64,000 nucleotides of DNA from Haliotis rubra (Eukaryota). Location of the stretch: contig NW_025767146.1 of the NCBI RefSeq assembly GCF_003918875.1, forward strand, positions 2,790,001 to 2,854,000, written 5' to 3'. How positions within the stretch are numbered: the stretch's first letter is position 1; every line of letters starts with the position of its first letter. The notes beneath the pieces were generated by a model. The model was not told where the DNA came from and searched no databases. It saw only the letters and a list, made by a program, of their open reading frames with translations. Shown piece after piece: positions 52,162-64,000 of this stretch. The position numbers and the translations under genes were made by a program.

Positions 52162-52556
52162 GGACCCACGAGATCTGTAAAATAATAAAAAATATCATGT
52201 CTTTAAAATTTGGTTCTAAGTTAATGTTTTTAGCCCTTTTTTCATGAACTGGATAAGCTCTTTTTTGTTTTGTTGCTTAGAATATATTACAACATCCATC
52301 AGTTGGTGGCCTTGAAAACTATGGCTATCGCCTCTACAATCTTAATATCCCTCATGTCACTTTTTAGCAAGTGTCCCCAAATGTACAATACAAACAAGTG
52401 AAGTAGATTATGTGATAATCACACAAAATAAGTGATCCTTGTTTATTTCAAAACCCTACTCCCTGTTGTGGTGAAACTCCATTTTTCCACGCAAACCCAA
52501 CTTGTGATAAAGACAAATTTAAATTTACTGTTCTATTATACAGTTAATTTCTAAAA

Positions 52557-52720
52557 GAGTGAGTTCAGTTTAATGCCACTTTTTTAAGCATTATTCCAGC
52601 AATATCATGGCGGGGGACGTCAGAAGTGGGCTTCACACACTGTACCCATGTGGGGAAATCGAACCCGGATCTTCGGCGTGACAGGCGAATGCTTTAACCA
52701 CTAGGCTACCCCACCATCCC
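52557..52720 (-). mobile_element. tRNA-derived SINE family A
   Basis: Reverse copy. TSD aattt(c/t)taaaaga. Confidence 0.88.
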
Positions 52721-52875
52721 AATTTTTAAAAGAAGTTTATTCCTTTTTAAAAAGGATACGATGACACAATCAGCTAAGTAACAGTTTGGAAACTAGTAGC
52801 AAAGTTTATTTACTATGACCATGAATTGTTCATTAACTGATATGATCAATTTATAGAATATACTAAAATATCTAC

Positions 52876-55800
52876 CTTTGCACAACAAAAAATACAATGG
52901 CGAGCAGATCAAGAAATCTGAAAAATAAAGAAAATGTGTGCTGACATACAAAACCTTAAAACAGGAAATGTAATCAATTTGTGCTAATAATTGTGTCTGC
53001 TTGCATGATTGAAGAGGCTAAGGTGTTTCTTTAAATATTTTGTGTAATAAGCAAGACCTCAGATGTTGTTCTTTGTTAAATGAACTTGAATTCAAACAGC
53101 AAGGAATAAATATTTTCCTTGAGTAAAGCGAGCTGATATGTTGATATTTCAGGATTAAAGTGACAGTACTGGTACTAAATATCAAAGTTTCTTGGAAAAT
53201 GTAAGCAGGTTCTTTGAAAAATATGTTCTCATCAGGATGCCTTAGAAATGTTTGAAGACAATTGGAACAAACTGGTGAGGTTATTTCTGAAAAGTTGTAT
53301 GCTGTATTGGCAACCCTGCTTTGGAAAACAAATCATTTGCAGGCCTGGGCAAAAAGAAAGGTAGTCATTGTGGTAAATGTTCCAAGTTGATCAAATTAAG
53401 GGGGAATGTTAACTTTGTACTTAAACACTGCATTTAATGCAGTAACAAAAACAAAGCATCATAACTTCTTCCTATTTATCAATTATCATTGACATACAAT
53501 TCACCTACAAAGTTGTAACATTTAAAAAAACACAGTATAATTTCACACTGGCCACACTGTACATCAAATATTCACCTGATCTTATCAAACTGCTTTTCTG
53601 TTAAGACAAACAATGCTCCAGGAAATTTTTAACAATACAGGTACAGTAATGGACATCAGAACATATTTCCTAACAAATACATTCTGTACTAGTTTGAAAA
53701 AACAGATACATAAACATTGTAATTTAATGTATACTTTCTACCTGTGCTGCCCACCTGTACACTATTTAGCAGGTAGTTCAAAGTGGGTGTGATTATTTGT
53801 CAAAGATCATTTTGTTAATCTGGTTGGATATTCACTTTGTGACATCAAAGAATGTTTTGTCCATTCGAATTTTTGGTATGGCAACAATCAAGGGAGCATG
53901 AAGTACTGTTTGCCCTTATGATTGATAAGTTTGTGATTTGCAATCCATATATTACTAGTCCATATCTGACTAGTTTTCATCAGTACAATATACCAATACA
54001 GCATCTATCTCAAACGCTGGTGGTGTCATGCCAAACCAGCTAAACTTTTGACTGCCACAATTTGAACTTGCCCATTCCTGATGATATTCATAGGACCCAA
54101 TTTGAAGCTTTTAAAACACTTCATTAATATAATTTAGATTGAGAAGTTGAAAATGTCAAGAATGGATGACATCTTTCCATGAACTCGGATGGTTCTGTGT
54201 GACAGGAAAGCTAAACTTGTATTGGTATGAACTATTTCCACGGACAGTAGTTTACCATGCCACAAAAAATACTTCAAAATATATTATTTAAGCAGTGAAC
54301 TTTTCACAGACTATTTTCACTCTAACCTCTCTGGAAGCATATTAGAGGAAATGTACTGTAAGCAATTATGTGCATCTTAGAGGGCACATGGGTACAGTTA
54401 GTACAATACACACAACTTCACGATTATCTTTCTTATCTGACTGTTTGTGTCTTAAGTCATTTCTCAAATGTCCTACTGTTTGGACAAACTAAATAATGTA
54501 GTACATGAGTGAGTTTGGTTCACACCGCTTTTAGCAATATTCCAGCAATATCACACAGCGGGGGACACCAGATATGGGCTTCACACATTGTACCCATGCG
54601 GGGCATCGAACCTGGGTCTTCAGCATGATAAGCGAATGCTTTAACCACTAGGCTACCCCATCGCCCTTGTACATGAACAATGGGGCAATGGTCAACAAAT
54701 GCCCAAATCTAGAAATATCCCTGTATTACACTGAACTGGGAATTACTACGCTGAAAAAATACAAATGACACTCACCTCTTAATGACTGTTGATTATGGTT
54801 CTGCAAATGAAAACAAGACTTGTGTGTTAAAAAAGCAAAATGCTAAGAACAAAGAGCTGGGAAAATATTAGAAAATCCAAAACTTTCCTAGTAAGCAGAT
54901 GCTTTCAGTTACCTGTATGCAACTATAATGCACCGTGCCAATACGGTTGCACATTAGTTGTTAATAGTCATAGTCCAGCCATTACACGTACATTATATGC
55001 TGCATGTTCTCAGATTAACCTTTCAGACAGTGCCCATATAAGTTAACCAATTCAGGTTACTCAAATTGTGATGAAATGGAAAGACACTTAAATTTGAATC
55101 AAAAAAGATACTAAAGACAATGTCAATGTGGACTAGTACTTACCTGAGATTAGATATGAAAGGCAGTGCTAATATCTTCCGATTTGGCAATGGAATTTAA
55201 ACCCTGCAAATGATGAAAATTGTTACGTCTCAAAATTATTACAGAATTTCACAGAAAAACAATCTCAACTACAACTAATAAAAAACCTCTGAAAGCTTTG
55301 TAAGTGTTCTAATTAAAGAATTGAACTGTTCTTTTCTGACTTCTAACTTTTGTTCCTACCTAGTTCAGTTGGCTGACTTCCAAGATTTGGAAGTCCTGCC
55401 AAACAGTGTGTCATGGTCCTCATGAAGTATTTACATTACATATCATATGGCTGCTGGTTAAAGAATGGACTTTTCTGGCAAACTCCAAAATGAAGTTAGT
55501 ACCCAGAAGAAAACTTCAATTGAATTCAGAAAATATATATTATTGGAACACTACATTATCAACTACAGGAAGTATATTCACCTTATAACAGGATCAGGTT
55601 GATTATACTGCAAGGCAAGATGAAAGATCTTTGGATAACAGCTGAAACAAAAACAAGAGACATAACTTGAAATGCAGATTTCGTAACACCAAAAGCTGTG
55701 TAAATATTGAACATAAAACAGTTTGGGGCATAAATACTAATACATATAATTCAATATTTCAAACAGACCTTAAATAGAAAACATTAATATACCCGATTTT

Positions 55801-56790
55801 TCCTGTTATGTCACATTAACCAAACTCCAAACAAATCTGCCACCAAAAAACATGTTATTTTCATTGTTATTCATTTGACAAAAAACAAACAAACATTTTA
55901 AATACTGAATTCCACAACATATCTGAGATAAGTCAACTTAGTTATGATCACTTCATCTTCAAACACATAGGGTCAACGGAAATTTATTGAATCAAAAATT
56001 ATGTCTGATTCTAATGATATTTTATGTTCGACCATGTCAATGGTGGCCATGACATAACTAAAGTCTGGGTCATTTGAGGTTTTGGCAAAATGCCACTAAG
56101 GCTTCGATGGATGAAATTTATATGATTTGTTGTTTCAGCGATTTATTTTTTACTAAATCTTATCAAAAAGCTGTAAATTGTGCAAAAATTTGTTTCGGAC
56201 ATTGTTTAAGACGCCTGAGTCCGTCAATGCACCGGCAGAAACGCCATCTTGAATTTTCAATGAAGTCAATCCACTCTACAACATGGCCGCCCATAACAAA
56301 AATGGCGACCTGTCTGATCTGATCCTCGAAGTGAATGCTGTTTGTGTTGACATTACCCAACATGCATCTAACTAGGTTATGATGTTTACAGCAAGAATAA
56401 AGTTGAATACTGCCTAAACAACCAACTGCAAACTCAGATGAGTCAATTTTCCTCAGCTTTTGAGCTCAAAAATAGGGGGCACCTTCCCCTCACCGACACC
56501 TTACCCGCAATGCGAAATGCAGACAGATGTTTTTTTCACAACAATAGCCTTGTAACCACTCAAAATATAACAAATGCGATACCAGAAAATCCTTTGGGTA
56601 CGATAAACAATATAAATGCACTATTTTGCTTCAGTAAGATTGCATTCAACGAAGTAAAACCTCTCAGCACGACAGAGCAAGGCAACTCACCTTTCAGAAG
56701 GAATTCAAATGGCTGAGTTTCCTACCCTGGAAAGATTGCACGTATATCACAGAATCTGCTTGAGGAATACACACTCAAATTGTCTCAAAA
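52876..56790 (-). other. TNRC6: Putative TNRC6 5'-UTR exons: 52876-52917, 54776-54800, 55144-55203, and a first exon ending at 56691
   Basis: Each is bounded by a pyrimidine-YAG acceptor and a GTRAG/GTAG donor on the minus strand. In-frame stops in the 54776 and 55144 exons. Confidence 0.5.
54507..54666 (-). mobile_element. tRNA-derived SINE family A
   Basis: Reverse copy flanked by gtacatga. Confidence 0.88.
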
Positions 56791-56990
56791 TAGAGTATCT
56801 ACATAGCACCGGTGCCGAGACATCATTATTGCCGAAATCAACAGATTCTGTCAGTATTCAAAGCTATGCTGACAGGCCTGCCTGGAGGCCGATATCGGCA
56901 TCAGGCCCATTACGTCCACTGGCTTCTGTTAAATGTCGCCTTTCATGCGCATGTCTCGCAAATCACGTGATAACGAAACTATTCTCGTAA
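56200..56990. promoter_or_regulatory. Probable TNRC6 promoter / first-exon region
   Basis: Local CpG enrichment, YY1-like motifs (acgccatcttg at 56241, aaaatggcg at 56299), E-box cacgtg at 56964, next to the most upstream donor in the chain. Confidence 0.45.
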
Positions 56991-59472
56991 TAACATTTTA
57001 TATATAATGACTTCATGTGAAAGCATCATCAATTGTTTTATGAAGTCCGGACCTTTACGCATTACACGAGGGGTGATCAAAATGATACAGTTTAACAAAA
57101 ATGCGTAATTAACTGCTGCAACTGTAGCAGGTTGAATGTTGATATTTTGGGAGTAACCACGATCTTTATATAACAAAAAACGAAATCTTTATGGTGAAGG
57201 TATAATAAATAATCTGATCGCCATACATGCGTTATTTCCAGCGTACTTAATAAAATCTACACGCTACTCTATCTGACCAAGGGCGATTAGACTGTCAAAA
57301 CAATTTAATCTTCAAAGAATACGCAATCAATATATTCAAATGTGTATAGAGTGGTAATGACACGTGCGCATGTAAGCTGGTATCAACACTTCATTCATGC
57401 ATGGTGTTATGAAAACAACGCAGCGAATCAGTTTATGTTGTTCTTAGAAAAAAGGTACTGTTTAAAATCGCTTGTGTTTTTGAATGGTCAAGAGTGATTG
57501 GTCGGAATCTAATTTTATTATGTATAAATATTTGGGTAAAAAGGTCCCTCGTTACTTTTTTCCACCTTCCACGGTAAACGTGTATTGAACTGGATTGTGT
57601 AACAGGCAGATATAGGCATCCCGTCATACTTACCTGACGTATATAATGTCTATATGACACGGTGTTACACACATGGTTTCTAATATGACACGGACACGGT
57701 TTGTAACATATCAGTCTAAAATTGTTCACATATGATTCATGGTTTGGTAAGTATTCCAATCCTCTTGGGATTACCTCAATACACTGAAACTATAGCACTG
57801 CCAGCTCCTTGTCTGTAATAGTTGACGCCAATATATGGGTTGCTTGCATGGTTAGCTTTTGTCATATTCTCTTATTCTAAAACGTTAAAATACCTAGACA
57901 AGCAGGATATGCACAGGGTATATGCAAGTATATATCTATCTTCTTTAATGTCAGTGAGAATTTACTGAAATGACAACTTAAGGTTAATCTTGTGTTATTT
58001 TTTATTTCGTTTTATCGGTACTAATGTACACTGCTTCGCATACACACACACAAACATTTATATACATACCTATATATACATACCTTTCTGTACACCGCGA
58101 AACGACTTCCTCAGGCTATATATGTCAAATTTTATCCGAATTTGTATTTTGTAAATGCACCCGTCCCTATTTTCCGATAAGCTGACCCAGCGCTTGATGC
58201 CATACCTGATCATTATTGGTTTCTGCCGAAACGTGTGCATGTATAAACATCTATATCGATCCCCTATAATATTCCCTGATGTCGGTTACCAACAAATAGA
58301 GATCTGTGCTAGTGGTCTATTCCCATACAATGTGTGGGGCAGGATTGAATATGTGCTGACAGTAACCAGTTCTGGTCGTAAGGGGCAACCATATGAACGA
58401 GGTGGTTGGGCTGATTGCGCCAACATGTAAGTGTTTTCATGACATCCACCTCTAGCTACGGTAGCCTCGACTTGTGATTGTTGTTAAATCTATAAAAACT
58501 CTGAAGGCTCATAAAAACAGTGAAAAAACAGACTATTTTAGTCTGTTTGCAAACACGAACGATGTTAAATGTATGTAGTCAGTCCTATGAGAAACCTTAA
58601 TCGTATGATATCTTATAATTGTTTTAATTGTTTCACCTTAAAAGTCACCTGTCCTCACTCCTCAGTAATGTAAGACATGTGTAACGTATATAATGTCTAT
58701 ATGACACGGTGTTACACACATGGTTTCTAATATGACACGGCCACGGTTTGTAACATATCAGTCTGCAATTACTAATAAACAATATATAAATGGAATATAA
58801 ATGACTTCAGAGTTTCACCTAAGATGGTAATATATGTCAATTCAGAACTTTTCATAGTTTCCGTAAATGTCACTCAGAGCCCACTGGTCTATGGAATTAG
58901 TTGTGTCGAAAGTAAGACATATACCCCACGTGACGTTCACGCAAGTGCCCGAACTGTCTGAGCAAGAGCCCTGCAAAACAAAACTTGCATTGTTTACACT
59001 CTGTGAAAGCAATCAACACAGACTGCATGCAGACATGCATCACGTCACTGGCATAAGATCATTTCCATGACATATCTCTCAGGTAATTGCATTTTTCTTG
59101 ACATGTTATTTATTCATAATTATTTTTTTCTGCATCGTTACATTGTGATCCCATCGTGTTCCATTGTTTGGGTCATGTGCCGATGCCGAGACTTGGCAGA
59201 TTGTATGCATAGATTGGAATCTACACGTGATCACATTAGCTTGCGTACAAATTAGACGTACTTTGAAGGACCAAATGAGATAAGCAGTCTTATTGCCACA
59301 TGGGCAGTGATCATGACAGTTGATACTTTGTGTAGGAACTCTTGTGATTGTCAAACTTGTTTACAAATCCGTTGTTGACACCAGTGTCTCCAATAATATT
59401 CAACCAAAGTAACATAGATGCACATGCAAATTTTGCAAAACAGTTTGTCTACATTGGACCCAAACCCATCAA

Positions 59473-59734
59473 GGCTAGAATGCACTTTACCGGGCACAGC
59501 CCTCGCTGCTCCCTTTACGATCCTTAGGGTTAAAGTTAGGCACCCTTTACGATCCTTAGGGTTAGGGTTTAAGGTTAGGCACCCTTTACTATCCTTGGGG
59601 TTAGGCACCATTTATGATCCTTGGGGTTAGGCACCCTTTACGATCCTTAGGGTTAGGGGTAAGGGTTAGGGTTAGGGAACCCCAGCAGCGCTAATTAGTC
59701 TGAAAAAGTGCGCCCGGTAAAGTGCAGTACTCCC
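59473..59734. mobile_element. TIR MITE with internal telomeric (TTAGGG) repeats
   Basis: TIR core tgcactttaccgggc(a/g)ca. 8-bp TSD cccatcaa at 59465-59472 and 59735-59742. Confidence 0.8.
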
Positions 59735-60195
59735 CCCATCAATATCAGGCTTACGGTTATGCGTGGTCAGTTTGTTAAATAATGCTCGTGGTTTAAGTTA
59801 GAATCACTTGTAAGGTGGAGGGGAAGAGTTGACAACATTGTAAGATGCCAGAATTGCAAAATGAATGTAGGTTTGGATAAAAAAGATTAAGTTTACAAAA
59901 TCAAAGAATGTGGGGATCAGTTATAAACTGCAAGTTGTTGTGATAAGTGTGGATGCCCAGACAAAGACATGGTGGTCTTTTATTGTAGTAATGGGAGTGA
60001 TGCCATTCATATTTATTATGGTAATAGTCCTGAATAGTGTGCTTCAGTATTCATATAGAGGACATTATCTGTTATATAAGTCTTTTGTGAATGTCATTTT
60101 CAGTGTATGTTTGTTTTTTTGTACATGATTTAGCATGTAGTGTTAACATTGTTGGGGTGTGTGTGTGTTTTCTTTACTGATTCAGTGATAACACC

Positions 60196-62112
60196 TGTCA
60201 GTAACTAGGTAGGGAGAGAGGGTTGTCAGTAACTAGGCAGGGAGGGAGTGTAGTCAGTAACTAAGCAGGGAAAGAGGGTTGTCAGTAACTAGGTAGGGAG
60301 AGAGGGTTGTCAGTAACTAGGTAGGAAGAGAGGGTTGTCAGTAACTAGGTAGGGAGAGAGGGTTGTTAGTAACTAGGTAGGGAGAGAGGGTTGCCAGTAA
60401 CTAGGTAGGGAGAGAGGGTTGTCAGTAACTAGGTAGGGAGAGAAGGTTGTCAGTAACTAGGTAGGGAGAGAGGGTTGCCAGTAACTAGGTAGGGAGAGAG
60501 GGTTGTCAGTAACTAGGTAGGGAGAGAGGGTTGTCAGTAACTAGGCAGGGAGGGACTGTTGCCAGTAACTAGGTAGGGAGAGAGGGTTGTCAGTAATTAG
60601 GTAGGGAGAGAGGGTTGTCAGTAACTAGGCAGGGAGGGACTGTTGCCAGTAACTAGGTAGGGAGAGAGGGTTGTCAGTAACTAGGCAGGGAGAGAAGGTT
60701 GTCAGTAACTGGGCAGGGAGAGAGGGTTGTCAGTAACTAGGCAGGGAGGGACTGTTGCCAGTAACTAGGCAGGGAGAGAGGGTTGTCAGTAACTAGGTAG
60801 GGAGAGAGGGTTGTCAGTAACTAGGCAGGGAGGGACTGTTGCCAGTAACTAGGCAGGGAGAGAAGGTTGTCAGTAACTAGGTAGGGAGAGAAGGTTGTCA
60901 GTAACTAGGTAGGGAGAGAGGGTTGTCAGTAACTAGGTAGGGAGAGAGGGTTGCCAGTAACTAGGCAGGGAGAGAAGGTTGTCAGTAACTAGGCAGGGAG
61001 AGAAGGTTGTCAGTAACTAGGTAGGGAGAGAAGGTTGTCAGTAACTAGGCAGGGAGAGAAGGTTGTCAGTAACTAGGTAGGGAGAGAGGGTTGTCAGTAA
61101 CTAGGCAGGGAGAGAGGGTTGTCAGTAACTAGGCAGGGAGAGAGGGTTGTCAGTAGCTAGGTAGGGAGAGAGGGTTGTCAGTAACTAGGTAGGGAGAGAG
61201 GGTTGTCAGTAACTAGGTAGGGAGAGAGGATTGTCAGTAACTAGGTAGGGAGAGAGGGTTGTCAGTAACTAGGTAGGGAGAGAGGGTTGTCAGTAACTAG
61301 GTAGGGAGAGAGGGTTGCCAGTAACTAGGTAGGGAGAGAGGGTTGTCAGTAACTAGGTAGAGAGAGGGGGTTGCCAGTAACTGGGCAGGGAGAGAGGGTT
61401 GTCAGTAACTAGGCAGGGAGAGAAGGTTGTCAGTAACTAGGTAGGGAGAGAGGGTTGTCAGTAATTAGGTAGGGAGAGAGGGTTGTCAGTAACTAGGTAG
61501 GGACGGACTGTTGCCAGTAACTAGGTAGGGAGAGAGGGTTGTCAGTAACTAGGCAGGGAGAGAAGGTTGTCAGTAACTGGGCAGGGAGAGAGGGTTGTCA
61601 GTTACTAGGCAGGGAGAGAAGGTTGTCAGTAACTAGGTAGGGAGAGAGGGTTGTCAGTAACTAGGTAGGGAGAGAGGGTTGTCAGTAACTAGGTAGGGAG
61701 AAAAGGTTGTCAGTAACTAGGTAGGGAGAGAGGGTTGTCAGTAACTAGGCAGGGAGAGAAGGTTGTCAGTAACTAGGTAGGGAGAGAGGGTTGTCAGTAA
61801 CTAGGTAGGGAGAGAAGGTTGTCAGTAACTAGGCAGGGAGAGAGGGTTGTCAGTAACTAGGCAGGGAGAGAGGGTTGTCAGTAACTAGGTAGGGAGAGAG
61901 GGTTGTCAGTAACTAGGTAGGGAGAGAGGGTTGTCAGTAACTAGATAGGGAGAGAGAATTGTCAGTAACTAGGCAGGGAGAGAGGGTTGTCAGTAACTAG
62001 GCAGGGAGAAAGTGTTGTAAGTCACTAGGCAGGGATGGAGGGTTGTCAGTAACTAGGCAGGGAGAAAATGTCAGTAACTAGGTAGGGAAGAGAGGGTTGT
62101 CAGTAACTCGGC
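60196..62112. repeat. 28-bp G-rich minisatellite, ~68 copies
   Basis: Unit gtcagtaactagg(t/c)agggagagagggtt. Confidence 0.97.
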
Positions 62113-63068
62113 AGAAGAGCAGAGCTAACAAGCGAGCAGGTTGTTAGCTGCTATGTAATCAGTTTGTTTTCTCAGGTCATGGTGTGACAGAAAGCTGCAA
62201 CATTTAGCTATGGGCCCAAGTGTTGTGAAGGTTACGTTCTACACGCTGCCTTAAGCTTTGTCCAAATGAACCTGCTTGTCTTGTAGAGTGGGGCATACCT
62301 GTGGTATCCTTGTAAGCAGATGAAGTGCAGTTAACATATTTACAATATTAAATAAAAATGAGGACCGTTTTAGCTAAAATATATATTTGAGAAAAAATTG
62401 TTAGAAATACCTCCTATAAACCCCAGATGAATTTCTTTCAGACACATGATTGGATGACCTTGAAGGTGTCACTCAGTATGAGCCAGGTGTCGGGTACACA
62501 TTGTTACTAGAGTATTGCTTTAATTGAATTTGATGATCATGGCCTAATCTCTATCTTAGCAACTTTTGGGCTATCTCTGCCAGTTTATGGTAAGGGAAAA
62601 TTATAAAATAGGTTCATATTTCAGGAAAATTCACAATAATCCACAATAGTATTTTCCCCTTTTTTCATTTCTTTATTTTGAATTGCTGGCTCTGTTTAGC
62701 TCACCCTAGCTTGGCTTGGATGAAGTGATATCAGTGGCAGCTTGGTTTGGAAAGGTATCCTCCCAAAATGCAGACCTCCCAAAACAAAGACCCGTTAAAA
62801 CAACACTTGTTATGGTTGGTTGCATCCGTGATTAGTAGGCTGTACCCTTGATTACGAAAAATGGTATCACCCATGTAACGAGTTTTGACAATTTAGCAAG
62901 GGTATCTTCCCATAAGACAGACGTCCCAAAAGACAGACCACTTAAAACAACACATTTTATGGTTGGTTGCATAAGGCTTAATTAAGCTGTACCCTTGATA
63001 ATAATGGTATGTGCCCTGATAAAAAAAGACAACATTAGGTATTAACTATAGTTTTATCAATTCATGTA

Positions 63069-63442
63069 CAGGGCTCGATTTAGTGTTTTGTTACTGGTAC
63101 AACGCAATATTACAAAGTGCAACCTAGTTATGAGTCTAACTTGCACAAGGTGCAAGTAAATTTTTTAGAAATAAATCAGTAATAAATCTAACATTATAAG
63201 CATAAATATGTCAGCAGCTCATTTTTCTTCTAAACTTTGAATAGCTAGGGCACTGAAATATTTCTATTCATATACACGTTTCGGTTATGACAGCTCTTGT
63301 AAACAGGGATCAGCTTATGTGCACTGAAACCTTTGACGTTTTAACACACTATGTTGTAACTGGAATTTGGCTGGTGCAACTAGGTTTCTATGTTAGGTTG
63401 CACCTGGTGCAAGTAGGTTAGTCTTTCTTAAATCGAGCCCTG
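63069..63442. mobile_element. CAG-ended MITE with 5-bp TSD
   Basis: TIR cagggctcgattta / taaatcgagccctg. TSD atgta. Subterminal TGCAAC/TGCACC motifs. Confidence 0.85.
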
Positions 63443-64000
63443 ATGTAATGAATTATTTTTTTAAATTAAGACATATTGCATCAACATAAATTTGCCAGAT
63501 CATATTTACTTGTGAATATTATCAATAACAATAATTTATATACATGTACCTATGAAACATTTGAGACCAAGCCGTAAGTCCCAAAACATCAAAGTCAATT
63601 TAGCTCTACCAAACTTTTAATCGTAGTATATTTGTTATTTTTAATAATGGCTAAAATTCAGCATAATCGCCAGCAGCTGAAGGGTTGGTGTAAATCCTAG
63701 TATGGTGATCTACCTTCAGTTGTTGGTGATCTATAGCCCGTTTTTATTTTGTACTGTCTATACTGATTTGATTTTATGATAGCGTACTAGTTTTAAATTT
63801 ATGTCTGTGATGCTCTAGTCTTTTTTCTGTCCTTCGATGACAGCTTTTTATGTTCTAAATTTATTGATTTTAATATTGATATAAATTAACTTGTTCTTGT
63901 CACGAGATGAGTCAAATGTTGCCGAGGTGACGCTAAATATTAACTCACTCACTCACTATGAAACCAAGCACCATATCATTTTATATCACATGTTTGTCAG

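Noticed and set aside
57627-57637. U1 snRNA 5' end (ATACTTACCTG)
   Set aside because: Downstream sequence does not continue as U1. It is simply the complement of a consensus donor.
59500-59680. Chromosome fusion scar or true telomere
   Set aside because: The repeats are short, in one orientation, and enclosed by TIRs and a TSD.
13488-62112. Arrays as CRISPR-like loci
   Set aside because: Units are head-to-tail with no unique spacers, there are no cas genes, and the context is eukaryotic.

Overview
Eukaryotic animal genomic DNA. It is probably a gastropod such as abalone, inferred only from my recollection of the SINE families. The window holds: (1) the 3' ~6 kb of a decayed DIRS1-type tyrosine-recombinase retrotransposon (gag, RT/RNase H, Dam-like methyltransferase, YR, ICR, right ITR); (2) a spliced TEX2 (SMP-domain lipid transfer protein) gene on the + strand, with two duplicated alternative terminal coding exons at 21134 and 34742 and seven unrelated minisatellite arrays; (3) a convergent TNRC6/GW182 gene on the - strand (38832 to ~56700) with a chain of 5' micro-exons; (4) SINEs of two families sharing a 3' tail, several TIR MITEs (one three-layer nest, one carrying telomeric repeats), a Penelope-like hammerhead relic and a G-rich 28-bp array. 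Several 1-nt frameshifts in both host genes, mostly in homopolymer runs, point to consensus errors rather than pseudogenes. Best leads: the duplicated TEX2 last exon, a reconstructed NEDD8-like LALRGG motif near the GW182 N-terminus, a pseudoknotted 5' head on a promoter-less SINE family, and splice-donor-containing intronic arrays.
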